Under the pieces are notes generated by a model. It was not told the DNA's origin, did not search any database, and saw nothing but the letters and a program-made list of their open reading frames with translations. Shown one piece after another: positions 1-11,200 of a stretch of DNA of 64,000 nt. Source of the stretch: Amphiscolops sp. MND2022 (lineage: Eukaryota); assembly GCA_964187785.1 (NCBI GenBank), contig OZ076409.1, positions 8,620,001-8,684,000 on the forward strand, read 5' to 3'. Positions within the stretch are counted from its first letter, which is position 1, and each line of letters begins with the position of its first letter. The position numbers and the translations under genes are program-made.

Positions 1-23
1 GTCGGGTAACCGTGATAATGTTT

Positions 24-568
24 AACAAGCCGAGAACGGCCAAAGTCGGCGCCATATCTAAGGCTCAAAATTGAAAAGGGGGGACCCTTCGGGCTTTGTG
101 AAACTCCAGCTGGTTGCAAAAAATGAAAAAAAATTGAAGGGGGACCCTTTGGGGACATGAAAAAATTTCCCAAAGAATTTTTTAAAATGAGATTTTTGAA
201 CAGTGTCACAGTGCCGAAAAATGTAAAAGGGGGGACCCTTTGCGATTTTTTGACATCCATTGTGTTGCAAAATATCGAAACAAATGAAGGGGGGACCCTC
301 TGGTGCAATCCAAAAAACTTCAAAAAAAGTGCCGAAAAAAAGTGGGGCTCAGGTGGGATCTTTAGTGTGTTTTCGAGGCTGTGGACGTCTGTTTTGTTTT
401 TTCTTTTCGTTTTGGACGCGCTTCTGAGGTTTGAGTTGTTGAGGTTTGAAGTTGTTGAGGTTTGAAGTTGTTGAACAAATGAACAAAAAAGTGGATCTTT
501 CGTGTCTAAAAAAAACTACCCACTGTAATAGTCGGGCACATTTTCTACTAAAATGCGCCGACTAAAAA
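24..568 (-). mobile_element. Helentron-associated non-autonomous element (HINE/DINE-1-like), full copy
   Basis: Element strand starts TTTTAGTCGGCGC with a local hairpin partner (GCCCGACTA). It ends GGCGCCGACT + GCCG-TTCT-CGGC hairpin + TTGTT. Internal AAAGGGTCCCCCCTTT repeats; no TSD; near-identical to 4264-4795. Confidence 0.75.
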
Positions 569-609
569 TAGGAGTTTTTTGGATATACTGGTGTTAGAAC
601 GTTTACAGG

Positions 610-900
610 GGAACGTTTACTTAGGCTCCAAAAACTGAAGCCCGATTATGAAATATTATCTAAGGCCCGAAAAATCTAAGGTTGGAGGCCCGAAAACTGA
701 ACAAACAAAGAAGACTGAATTATTTAATGATTAAACAAAATAGTAATAATAGAGGTATTGTTTCAATTCTTGACAAAAATATTAAAGCACCTTTGTGTTT
801 ACACATGAAAGAAACTCATCGGGCCTCAGTTTCAATTCTTTCTGGCCTTAAATTACACCAGCTTCGGGCCTCAATTTTTTGGGTCTCAAATATACTACCA
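610..900. mobile_element. Foldback MITE (GGGAACG...TACCC family), decayed copy
   Basis: Inverted arms made of GAGGCCCGA/TCGGGCCTC repeats; homologous to about 6990-7348 and 10009-10276. Confidence 0.6.
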
Positions 901-1314
901 TTAGAAAATTCTTCGGGCAATTCTAATTCCATTATTTCCGTAACATAACTACATTGATTTGGGCACATGGTGGTACAAGATGTTAGGAACACTCAGAATG
1001 AAATTATTTCAAGACAAAGAAAGTCTTCAGAAGCGTTTAATCCAATGAAGTTTATCTGAGTTCCACTCAAAAATGTTCAAAATTTAGGAATTGCGAGTAA
1101 TAAAAAAATGCATTGTTATGCTGCTTCTCGAAAATTAGTGTTGAGGAAAAGCCGTTTTTGAAAAAACCTTTTTTTGACGAGGAATACTGTTAACGAACCT
1201 GTTAAGCGCGTAATGAAACCACAAATTAGTTTTGTTGACTAGCGTGTATGAGCCCATAGTACAAAGGGGGCGTTTCGGTAAAGATAATTGAAAAAACATT
1301 TCGAAGGTAAAAGA

Positions 1315-1801
1315 TCAGGTGTCAAAACGCTGCAAGTTGAGAGTGCTCTTTTCAACGTTGATAATTCTCGACTCATATTTGATCTTCTGTGTTTCGTGGT
1401 ACTTGTATTCTTCGTTGATATCTTTCTGACATGATTTGGCTAGTGGGTTCAAAAATTCGTCGAAAACGTCGAAAAAGTTTCGGCAAAAACGTGAACCCCA
1501 GAATCCATTGGCTTTAATGTCTTGTCTCGCTTCGTCTTCAGTTGTCGTGGTTTCATAAATGAAGGACTCGGCTTCTAACGGCGGAAGCTTTGGCTCGATT
1601 GACATCAAAACAGACCTCTTCCATGATGGCGGCGACAATGTTTCGAACTTCATCATGACGCATTTGTGGATAACCGCCCTTGTTACCTTGAACGTAACGC
1701 GGCAGGCTGAAAGGGTCTCCGCACGGACATATTGTCGGTATTTTGAGTAGTTCCAATTCAGAGTGCAAAGCTAAATCGTCGCCTAATTCAGTTTTCGTCA
1801 A
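1315..1801 (-). pseudogene. Decayed CRE/R2-like non-LTR retrotransposon C-terminus (zinc knuckle + restriction-like endonuclease)
   Basis: Two frameshifted ORFs give CPCG..F, RHDEVRN, EPKLPPL, EARQDIKANGFWG...FFDV, the motif order of RLE-type non-LTR elements. Confidence 0.6.
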
Positions 1802-2742
1802 GCCAAAGTGATATCATTGAGGGGCAGCGTGTTTTTCAACAGATCTAAAGCGTAACGTTGGGTTCCGTGAAGTCTATCATGAATTCAACTTCTTGATTTT
1901 TTCAGTCGAAACTAAACTTATTGGACCTATTTTATGTGTCGCTTGATGGTATTGAAAATATTCTGAAAAGTATGTCGTTTCCGGAAAAATTATTCTTATG
2001 CAAAGTTTTCAACAGAGTTCGTCAATATTTTTCCCGGAAATTTTATCCTTCCTTCATGTTGAAGTATTCTTAAGTTTTCGCATACACGGTTGATGATAGG
2101 CTAAATGTGATTGGCGCTTCTGAAAATAGCACACGAGTACAAAGTGACTTTTCGTCGTGTTTTGTCTTCTTTTTCAATCCGGTGGAAGTGACATTTCATA
2201 CCAAATGCCAATCTTACAAAATTCTTCAAATTGGCAAATTGGACGGAAGGGTCTATACATCTGTATTATGACATACTTCTTCAGAACCTTGCAGCCTTAA
2301 AGGGTTCTCGCTTTGGTCATTTAATATTTTCAGTGAGAAGAAACTGTTTCATGCCTAAAAGCGAAAGATCATTTCGGCACTGTGAGACGAGTTTTTTCAA
2401 AAAGATTTCTTAAGCTGCGAAGTACTTTTGCTGTTTTGGTGCCTTAAGAGGGTCGCCGACTTCCCGGCTAGTTTCGTTGTCCCCAAGCTTGTTTTGATGT
2501 GCTTCGTTTTGTGTCAACTGTTTGCAATACTCTATAATCACACGAATGGGCACACACGGAAGCAGGGAAAAGCGCTCAAGGTGGTTTTGCTCACTTTGTT
2601 TGGTAAAGTTGACAATGTACAGATATCGATAGCCTTGCTCATGTACCGTAGCAACCGTCCATATTGGATTGAAAAAGTCACTGACTGAGCCACGTTTTTT
2701 CCTCGTTTTACCATGTTCCAATTTATACAGCTCTTGAGTCTA

Positions 2743-3209
2743 TTTTTAGTCGGCGCTTCATGAAGTGAAACGCGACTATTATAGTGACTTTTTTTCAATG
2801 CACACGAACTGACGAAAATAGTTCTTGAAAGTTCTTCGAAATTTTATAGTCCCAAATTGAATCAATTGGCCTAGCGAACTGAACCAAAAAGATTTATCCT
2901 CTTTTTTCCGCGTAACATACAATACCGAGAATGACTAAAGGGTCCCCCTTTCAGTTTTTTTGGCATTGTGAGACTTTTTTTCGAAAACAAATTCAACAAA
3001 GGGCGGCCCCCTTCAATTTTTGATGTTTTGCAACAATGGATGTTAAAAAATGCGAGAAAGGGTCCCCCTTTTAGCGCACCGGGGCCCCGGCGCGCCAATT
3101 CGGTTCAACGTTTTGGGTTTTTCAGGTACTGTAGAAGAGAATTTTTTGACGCTTTGAAGTCCTTTTGCTATTTTTGAGCCTTAGATGTTTGGGCCGGTCC
3201 CGGTTTGTT
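2743..3209 (+). mobile_element. HINE-like element copy
   Basis: TTTTTAGTCGGCGCTTCATGAAGTGAAACGCGACTA start; GGGCCGGTCCCGGTTTGTT end. Confidence 0.7.
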
Positions 3210-4263
3210 TCGCTCACATTAAACTGAGTTTATAAACTGACAAAAATATATGAACTGAATAGATCTTTATTTGAAACAACCGATGTTGATAGGAAGCTTG
3301 ATCAATTGACAGCCAACAAATTCACAACTAAAACAACAATTATGCCAACAAAGTTGTGGAAGATTCATGGTTTAAAGTTTTATTGATGATGCAATAATGG
3401 AAAGTTGGAATGTCAGTATCGCGACTATCCCCCGTTTGAAAAATTTCCCCGTGAGTTAAAACAAGACGGGAACGTCTAACGTCGGCACCACACTTAAGAC
3501 TCACGAAGCGCAAAGTTTTAAAAACATGCTCAGGACTTTTGCGAAAAACATGCGAGAACGCTTCAAAAGTTCGAATATAGCGTTGTGGGCTACATGAGAG
3601 CGCTTTTTATCGAACATCGGCTTCCTCTTTAGTAAAACTCAGTTTACTTCGGATGTAACGTCAAAAGTACGGACATAGCGTGCTGGGCCACATGGGAGCG
3701 TTTTTTAGAACCTCCGCCTCCTCAGTAAAACGCAATAAAGTTCGGATATTACGTCAAAATTTCTGATACTATTGAAAAAGATATATATTTGGTTTAGGAA
3801 TTTCTGTAAGAAGTGTCCACTACGCATACATTGTTATCTGACGAAAAAACCACCAAGTAACAGTGGCGATCATTTTCTGCGAAAATTCACTGACTGAAAC
3901 ACCCGATAAGTTTTGATTTTTGTTTCCTTCTCACTTGTTGCTTTGCCCAACCTTCTGTCGCTTTCCCAGGCCCGAGGTCTTTCAACAATGGCGGCATAAC
4001 TGGGGTTTCCAAAAAAGATGAAAGTTCCCTTTGAAGCGTTTCTTCGAATGGAATTTTTCACGTTATAACACAGATTATATCACTATATGAATACGTTATT
4101 TCCGAAAACGCTCTTTCAATATGAAAACAAAAGTAATGGAACCCGTGCAGGATTTGAACCCAAGTCCTCTTGCCTCCCTAATGCCCTTAAACATAAGCAA
4201 CTCTGCTTTTCATCTGAGACATTTTAGTATACGTTTTACAAAAGGTCTCTTACAGTGACAACT

Positions 4264-4795
4264 AACAAGCCGAGAACGGCCAAAGTCGGCGCCATATCTA
4301 AGGCTCAAAATTTAAAAAGGGGACCCTTCGGGCTTTGTGAAACTCCAGCTGGTTGCAAAAAATTTGAAAAAAATTGAAGGGGGGACCCTTTGGAGACATG
4401 AAAAAATTTCCCAAAAAAAATTTTTAATCAGATTTTTGAACAGTGTCACAGTGCCGAAAAATGTAAAAGGGGGGACCCTTTGCGATTTTTTGACATCCAT
4501 TGTGTTGCAAAATATCGAAACAAATGAAGGGGGACCCTCTGGTGCAATCCAAAAAACTTCAAAAAATTGCTGAAAAAAAGTGGGGCTAAGGTGTGTTTTC
4601 GAGGTTGTGGGCGTCTGTTTTGTTTTTTCTTTTCGTTTTGGACGCGCTTCTGAGGTTGGAGTTGTTGAGGTTTGAAGTTGTTGAAGTTTGAGGTTGTTGA
4701 ACAAATGAACAAAAAAGTGGACCTTTCGTGTCTAAAAAAAAACTACCCACTGTAATAGTCGGGCACATTTCCTACTAAAATGCGCCGACTAAAAA
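4264..4795 (-). mobile_element. HINE-like element copy
   Basis: Near-identical to 24-568, including both termini. Confidence 0.75.
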
Positions 4796-6849
4796 CATCG
4801 ATGAAATGAAAATTTTCGAGAAATGCAGCGCTGTGACAAAATCCCCAAAGAGGGGGGGTGCATTTAGGCTTGAAATTTAAAAAAAATCTGTTAAAAATGG
4901 AAGAATGGATTCATATTGAACAGAAGGGGACCCTTTGAGTAATTTTGGCGTTCGTCACTAATTGTTGCATTCCGCACTCTGGCCCAATTGAAAACAAGCC
5001 AAGAACGGCTCAAGTCGGCGCCCTGCTCAAGGTTCACAAGTTTTTTTAAATATAAGAAGACACTTGTTGTGAGGAAGTATCAAATTTACAGTGCTAGAAA
5101 ATACCCAAAAAACACCCCATGAAATGAAAAAAAAACGCTTCTTCCCATTTGCTAACATGAAAAATCGGAGTTTTTCAAAAATAATAATTATTTATCTTCC
5201 GAAAAAGTCTCATAGTGCTGAAAAGGGAGTTTTAAGCTCGCCAAACGCTTTTTTTCAGGCGCAAAAAGAAAGGTACATATTTATAAAAGTGAAAGGGGTA
5301 CCATTTGGCCAAATGAATAATTATCCGAAAAGTCGCACTGTGCTGAAAAAAACCGTAGGTCTTTCCACAATTATTTAGAAAACTCTCATGAGTCCAACTG
5401 GACCAAAAATGATCAAAGAGGTTACCCTTAGTACTCAGAAAAGAGTTTTCTTGAAAGAAAACCTAAAAAAGCAGAATTTGTATCAAAGAGTTCATTTTTA
5501 AAAAAAAACTTTTAAACGTTTTTATTCTTCGGTAAATCGCGTTGTGCCGAAAAACCCTACTATGGTCTTCTATGCTCCCAAAACGCTTTGTTTCCACTAA
5601 AAAAGTTTGAAGAAACTTCGGCAAAAAAGTCGCAGAGTGCAGAAAAAAGCCAAAGAGGACCATTGGTCTCCCCTCTACTTTTGCAAGCATTAAAAAATTT
5701 GGATTTAGTGCGAGACTCGAACTCATGAATTCTACCTATGTACTCCTACGTCCTTCCTTCCCTAAAATCCGAGTTAACATCTATGCCAAGTGGCAGTTAC
5801 AAGATACAAGTTACTATAAGCTTATAGAATTTTATAAATCTCAGTTCGTCGGTTTTACAGAAAACCTCAAAAAAATCTAAAAATGGGGAAAAATGCAATA
5901 CATCTAAAATCTTCGGTACATTGCATTTTGCCGAAAAAATCCAAGGTGGCCCTCCATGCTCACAAAAGCTGAAATTGTTTCTGCTGAAAATCCGTGAAGT
6001 TGTTTGGCTTTTAAAAATCAGAAACGTCACATAGTGCCGAAAAAGTCCCAAAGTATTTTTAGCATGCAAGCATTAAAAATCTCTAGTGCGGGACTCAAAA
6101 CGTCATGTTTCTGCCTCTCAGGTCTCGTCATGAGGCCTGAACGTTTGCGTTAACCGTTATTTCAAAATGTGGGACCTCTTTGATGTAAGATTTATGAAAC
6201 ATTATAAAAGTGGACGCGCAGAGTTAGTGACGAAAACAATTTGCCATTGTAAGAGTCGTGCACTTTTTACTAGCAAAAGTTCCGACAAAAAACACTACAA
6301 TAGTCGCGTTTTATAAGCCGATTTTATAAGCATGTTTCTTCAAATTTATATTTTTATGCCACTTGGCCAAGAGGTTAACTCGGATTTGAGGACTAAGATG
6401 TCTGAGAACCAGGAGGAGTACGTCGAGTTATCTCTCAGGATGTTTTTCGGCTCTGTATAGTCGATGAATATTTTCACAATGGTTTCCCTCGCATATTGAA
6501 AATACTTCGCTCCTTTTTGAAACTTGAGCGCGGCGCCCATTTTTGCCGTTACCGGTATGCTTTTTAAAGTGCGACTAAACATCGGATTTGCGCATTTTCC
6601 CGTTTTTTTTCTTCTTGTCAGACATATATTGGGGTTTAGGATCTAGATTAATGTCCAATTGTGCATCTTTTCAAATTGAATCAAACTAATTTTACTTACT
6701 ATTTTCAGATAATACGAATATATATTCAAGCAAGCCCTTTTAATTTAACACAATGATTGTCCTCGCATATTTAAAAGTGTGTTTTCTTGTGCCTCGAGCG
6801 GGGCGCCAACTTACGCAGTTCCCAGTTTGTTGTTTTTTTTTTGCTTTCT

Positions 6850-6933
6850 GGTGCTCACTTATTCGGTTCAAATGGGATCCTTGAAACTGTCTCAGAGTCC
6901 CTTGAAGTCTATCCTAAGTTTTCCCGCTGTCAG
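6850..6933 (+). CDS. Possible upstream exon of the large gene
   Basis: Open frame ...NGILETVSESLEVYPKFSRCQ ends CAG|GTCAAA in phase 0, matching the phase-0 acceptor TCTAAG| at 8293. No clear AG acceptor upstream, so the 5' boundary is approximate. Confidence 0.3.
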
Positions 6934-7478
6934 GTCAAAATAACACAAGTCGAAATACCAGAAGTCGAAAAATCATAGGTCATTAAACGAGAACGTTTAT
7001 TTAGGCCCGAAAAACTGAGGCCCGATAATGAAATGTTATCTGAGGCCCGGAAATTTGTTCATCGAAATTATTATTATAACGTAGTCAGCTATATTCACAT
7101 ACCACTAGTGCCCTAAATGCAGGAGCGAAGCGACGTGCCATATGGCCATGCCTCAATGTTGCTACTTGGCGAAGGGAGCGAAGCGATCGAGCCATACAAC
7201 AAATATGCTAACCTCTTCAAATAAATCAAGTTAAATACATATTGGCTGATATAATATTATCTGACGCTAATAGTCACCGAATTGATCGGGCCTCAAATTA
7301 CATCACTAGCTTCGGGCCTCAATTTTTTGGGCCTCAAATATGCTACCCCATAAAACCACAGTCAAATTACCAGACGGTCAACAAACCAGAGGATTAGGAA
7401 ACAAAGTAATGTACGACGTGAAGTTTGATTTTTATATCCTAATACAGTGATGAAAAAGTCTCATTTAGAGGTAGATTA

Positions 7479-7890
7479 TTTTTTAGTCGGCGCTTTTCTT
7501 AAGAAAAGAGCCCGACTATTACAGTCACTCGTTTTTTTATTTAAGACAGACTCGAAGCGACGAACGTTAACGTATTATCTTCAACTAAACGAATACCCCG
7601 GGAACGCATCTAAGTTATTCCAAATGTTTTTTTTTTACTTTTTATTTACTTTTTCAAGGAAACCCACAAAACCGGACGTGCCTAAAGGGTCCCCCCTTCG
7701 AGGTTTTTGATATTTTGCAACGTAATGTATGTTAATAAATCCAGAAGGGTCCCCCTTTTACATTTTTCGGCACTATGCGACTTTTTGAAAGAAATTTTTT
7801 TCAAAAATTTCAAGTTTTTCTCCAAAAAATTGTTTTGCGCTTTTTGAGCCTTAGATATGGCGCCGACTTTAGACGTTCTTGTCTGGTTTT
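7479..7890 (+). mobile_element. HINE-like element copy
   Basis: Same 5' subterminal repeat/hairpin and 3' GGCGCCGACTTTAGACGTTC end. Confidence 0.65.
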
Positions 7891-8293
7891 TAATTTTTAA
7901 TTACTGCAACTATTGCAGGGGTAAGGCAGAGTCATACGACGAATATTGTAAAACAATAATAAACGAAGTACTTTATAGTTAACTTTGCTCAATTGCCTAT
8001 TTGTCATGCGGATGAGTTACTTTCACGCGTCATTAATCAGATCTGGTATTTTGTCCTTGTAGTGTTTTGATAGGGGCGCGAATAACTTCTAAGGAGTAAC
8101 GTCTAAAAGTGTTCCGTCAATGACGTCTAAAATCCAAGGCATTAAGATTGGGAATAAGCATGACAGAGCATGACTTGGCTTTAGACGTTATTCCTGCTCC
8201 CCGTGTTTTGACTGTCTGGTATTTTCACTATATGGTATTTTGTCCCCTGGTGTTATGTCCGCTGGTATTTTGACCGTTTTCCCAAATTCTAAG

Positions 8294-11200
8294 CCCCTGC
8301 AAAGTGACATTTGTTCATTGACTGAGGAGACTTCTTTTAAGGGGAGCTATTCGTTTTCCTCTGAAGATGCTGAGAAGTCATCGATGGAAGATCGACTGCT
8401 GGAAAAGAGTTCTGTGTCAATCAATTACTGTGAGATTGGGCCCAGACTACATGGCTTGTCGTCAGCGTACAATTCCTCCACCGGAGAAAGATCCGTTGAA
8501 GTCACCACCACGTCTTCCAGTTACAGCGGGTACACAAAAATAATCGAGAGTTCGGAACCCCTATCTGTGGAAAGCGTATCGAGTAACTGGCACAAAAGTT
8601 CGGTGGCTATTGAGAAAAGGGAAAAAATTACCGATGAAGGCAGTGATACCCATCTGAATCATGAAGGGCGGCCGTTTTTGAACGATAGCTGAAAAAACTG
8701 AAAAAAAACATCTTTCTTGGTTTGTGAAAAACAGTTAGGTTTGGAGCGAAAACGGAGCAAAAATTTCGAACTCTTAAGCAGGGTTATGTTTGAAAACAGA
8801 GATTGTTTCAAAACAGATTCAGTTTTTAATCGGCGCTTTATGAAGTGAAACGCGACTATTATAGTGACTTTTTTTATCCACACGAACTGACCAAAATAGT
8901 TCTTAAAAGTTCTGCAAAATATGATTGCACCAAATTGCACCATTTGGCCTAGCGAACTGAACCAAAAAAGTTTTTCCTGTTTTTCCGCGTAACATACCAT
9001 ACCGGGCGAGACCAAAGGGTCCCCCCTTTCAATTTTTTTCGGCACTGCGAAACTTTTTTCCAGAAATTTTTTTTCCCCAAAGGGTCCCCCCTTCATTTTT
9101 TTTGCTGTTTTGCGTCAGAATGGATGTTGGAAAATCCCAAAGGGTCCCCTTTCAGTTTTTTTGGCACTGTGAGATTTTTTTCCGAAAATAAAATTTTTCC
9201 CCACTTCAATTTTTTGACGTTTTGCGACAGAATGGATGTTGAAAAACCCCAAAGGGTCCCCCTTTCAGTTTTTCGGCATTGTGAGACTTTTTTTCTATTT
9301 TTTTTTCTCTCCAAAGGGTCCATCTTCAATTTCTTTGATATTTTACAACAGATTGGGTGTTTAAAAATCCCAAAGAGTCCCCCCTTCCAGTTTTTCGGCA
9401 TTGTGAGACTTTTTTTCGAAAGTTTGTTTTTTCTCCAAAGGGTTCCCATTTCAACTGCGACAAAAATGTTGACAATTTCGGAAGTGTCCCCCTTTTAGCG
9501 CGCCAGGGGCTCGCGCTAGCGGGCCCCGGCGCGCCATTCGGTCCATTTTTTTTGTTTTTCGATTTTCGAGTACTGTAAATTGACACTTGGAAGTCCTTTT
9601 GCTATTTTTGAGCCTTGGATATGGCGCCGACTTGGGCCGGTCCCGGCTTGTTAAATAAAACAATGTGTTTTTCTTAGCCAGTGAGATTCGATCACATATA
9701 AAACCACAACATACGTAAATGTACAGTTATACATTCGGACCTCAGAAATCGCCTCAATCCACAGAAAATGTCAAAATATGCATTTTCCTATCGCTTCCTA
9801 TCCTTGAATAGTAGCGATGATGCTCTCAAAGATTCTTTGTAAAATTTCCGATATTTTTTGATATTGAATATATTTTTATTCAAAATTCAAGGAATTTAAA
9901 ACAAAGTGTTTTTAAAGTTTAAAACGTTTTCAACATTAAAAACGTTTTTTATTGCAAAGAACGTTTTTAATAACAACCCTGCTCTTAAGGGCTTTATATC
10001 GACAAGAAGGGAACGCTTATTTAGGCCCGAAAAACTGAGGCCCGATAATGAAATGCTATCTGAGGTCCGAAAAGTTTATGCTAGTAATTTGAGGAAACTA
10101 AACAAACAAAAGAATTGAATTGAGACAGTACATGTATTGCTGTTCCTATTCTTGACTTATTTCCAAGCACGTTTGTGTTTAAAGAACAAACTCATCGGGG
10201 CTCAGTTTTTATAATTTCTGGCCTCAAATTACATTCGCTTCGGGCCTCAATTTTTCGGGCCTCAAATATGCTACCCGACAAGAAATGACCATGCTTCATT
10301 CATCATTCTTTGGCACGGATCAGTGAATACTCTTAAGTTTTCGAAAACTGGTTTTTGCTACAAAACCAAACTTCGAATAGTTTGTTGAATTGGGGTATTA
10401 CTTCATGAAGGAAGCGAGAGTGATTCTAGTGGGTGCTACTTTGGAAGTGGAGCTCGGAAAAACTCGCTTCTTCTCGAATTTACGTCAAGGTCAGGGTCAA
10501 GTTTCGAGGACTTATCCAATGACCTCGTGTCAATCCCCGCCGTCCCTCAAAAGACATTGGGTCAGGTCACTGCGAGGTCAGCTCATGTAGAAACAGGCCG
10601 AGAAACCTCTGTGGACGACGGGATCTGTTATGAGAACCAAGTTTCTGCGAGGTCTTTAAATTCCAATGTCGCCGGAAAAGAGGGTTGGTAAAAAACGTTC
10701 TTAAATTAGTCTTTTGATCTAGAGAATGGATCAGTTGAAATTTTAGCCTAATCGATTGTTCGTTCAAAATAACCGGTTACCGGACATCACCAATCGTTCA
10801 GCGGAGAAAACGATTTTGAGCAAATAAATTGTTGCAATGAAATGTTGAGTTGAAATTCAATCGAATTTTCATTACAAAATTAGCTTCCGCGATTTTCAAT
10901 TCGACCGAAAGATATGAAGGAGAATTTCCAAGTCCCAAATAATGTCTTATTTCCGTAAAGTTGTCAGCTTTTCTTCCTTTCATTTTTAAATAGGGGATAA
11001 GTTTCTTTCAACTGGAATAAATTTGAGAAATTGAAAATTTTATTGAATGAAATGGAGAGGAAATGAAAATATTTTGGTTTTTCCCAGTCGGCCGTTTTAG
11101 CGATTTTTGTCAGGTCTATTTTGACCCGTTCTCTGTTGTTTACTCTAAAATAGAAATCCGGAAGTGTGTTTGTTCACGTTGATAACAGTGGATTGTACAC

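Larger units (their letters stand above)
8641..10403. mobile_element. hAT-type MITE forming intron 8640-10410 (GC-AG)
   Basis: TIR CAGTGATACCC / GGGTATTACTT; TSD GATGAAGG / CATGAAGG; removal restores ...TDE-G-SESDSS. Confidence 0.75.

Noticed and set aside
58..465. Many short K/F/G/P-rich ORFs (KGGPF, KGSP) throughout the window
   Set aside because: Chance translations of the non-coding HINE repeat on both strands.
2410..2721. Unique, higher-complexity stretch with ORFs on both strands
   Set aside because: No recognisable motif, and it could not be linked in phase to the large gene.
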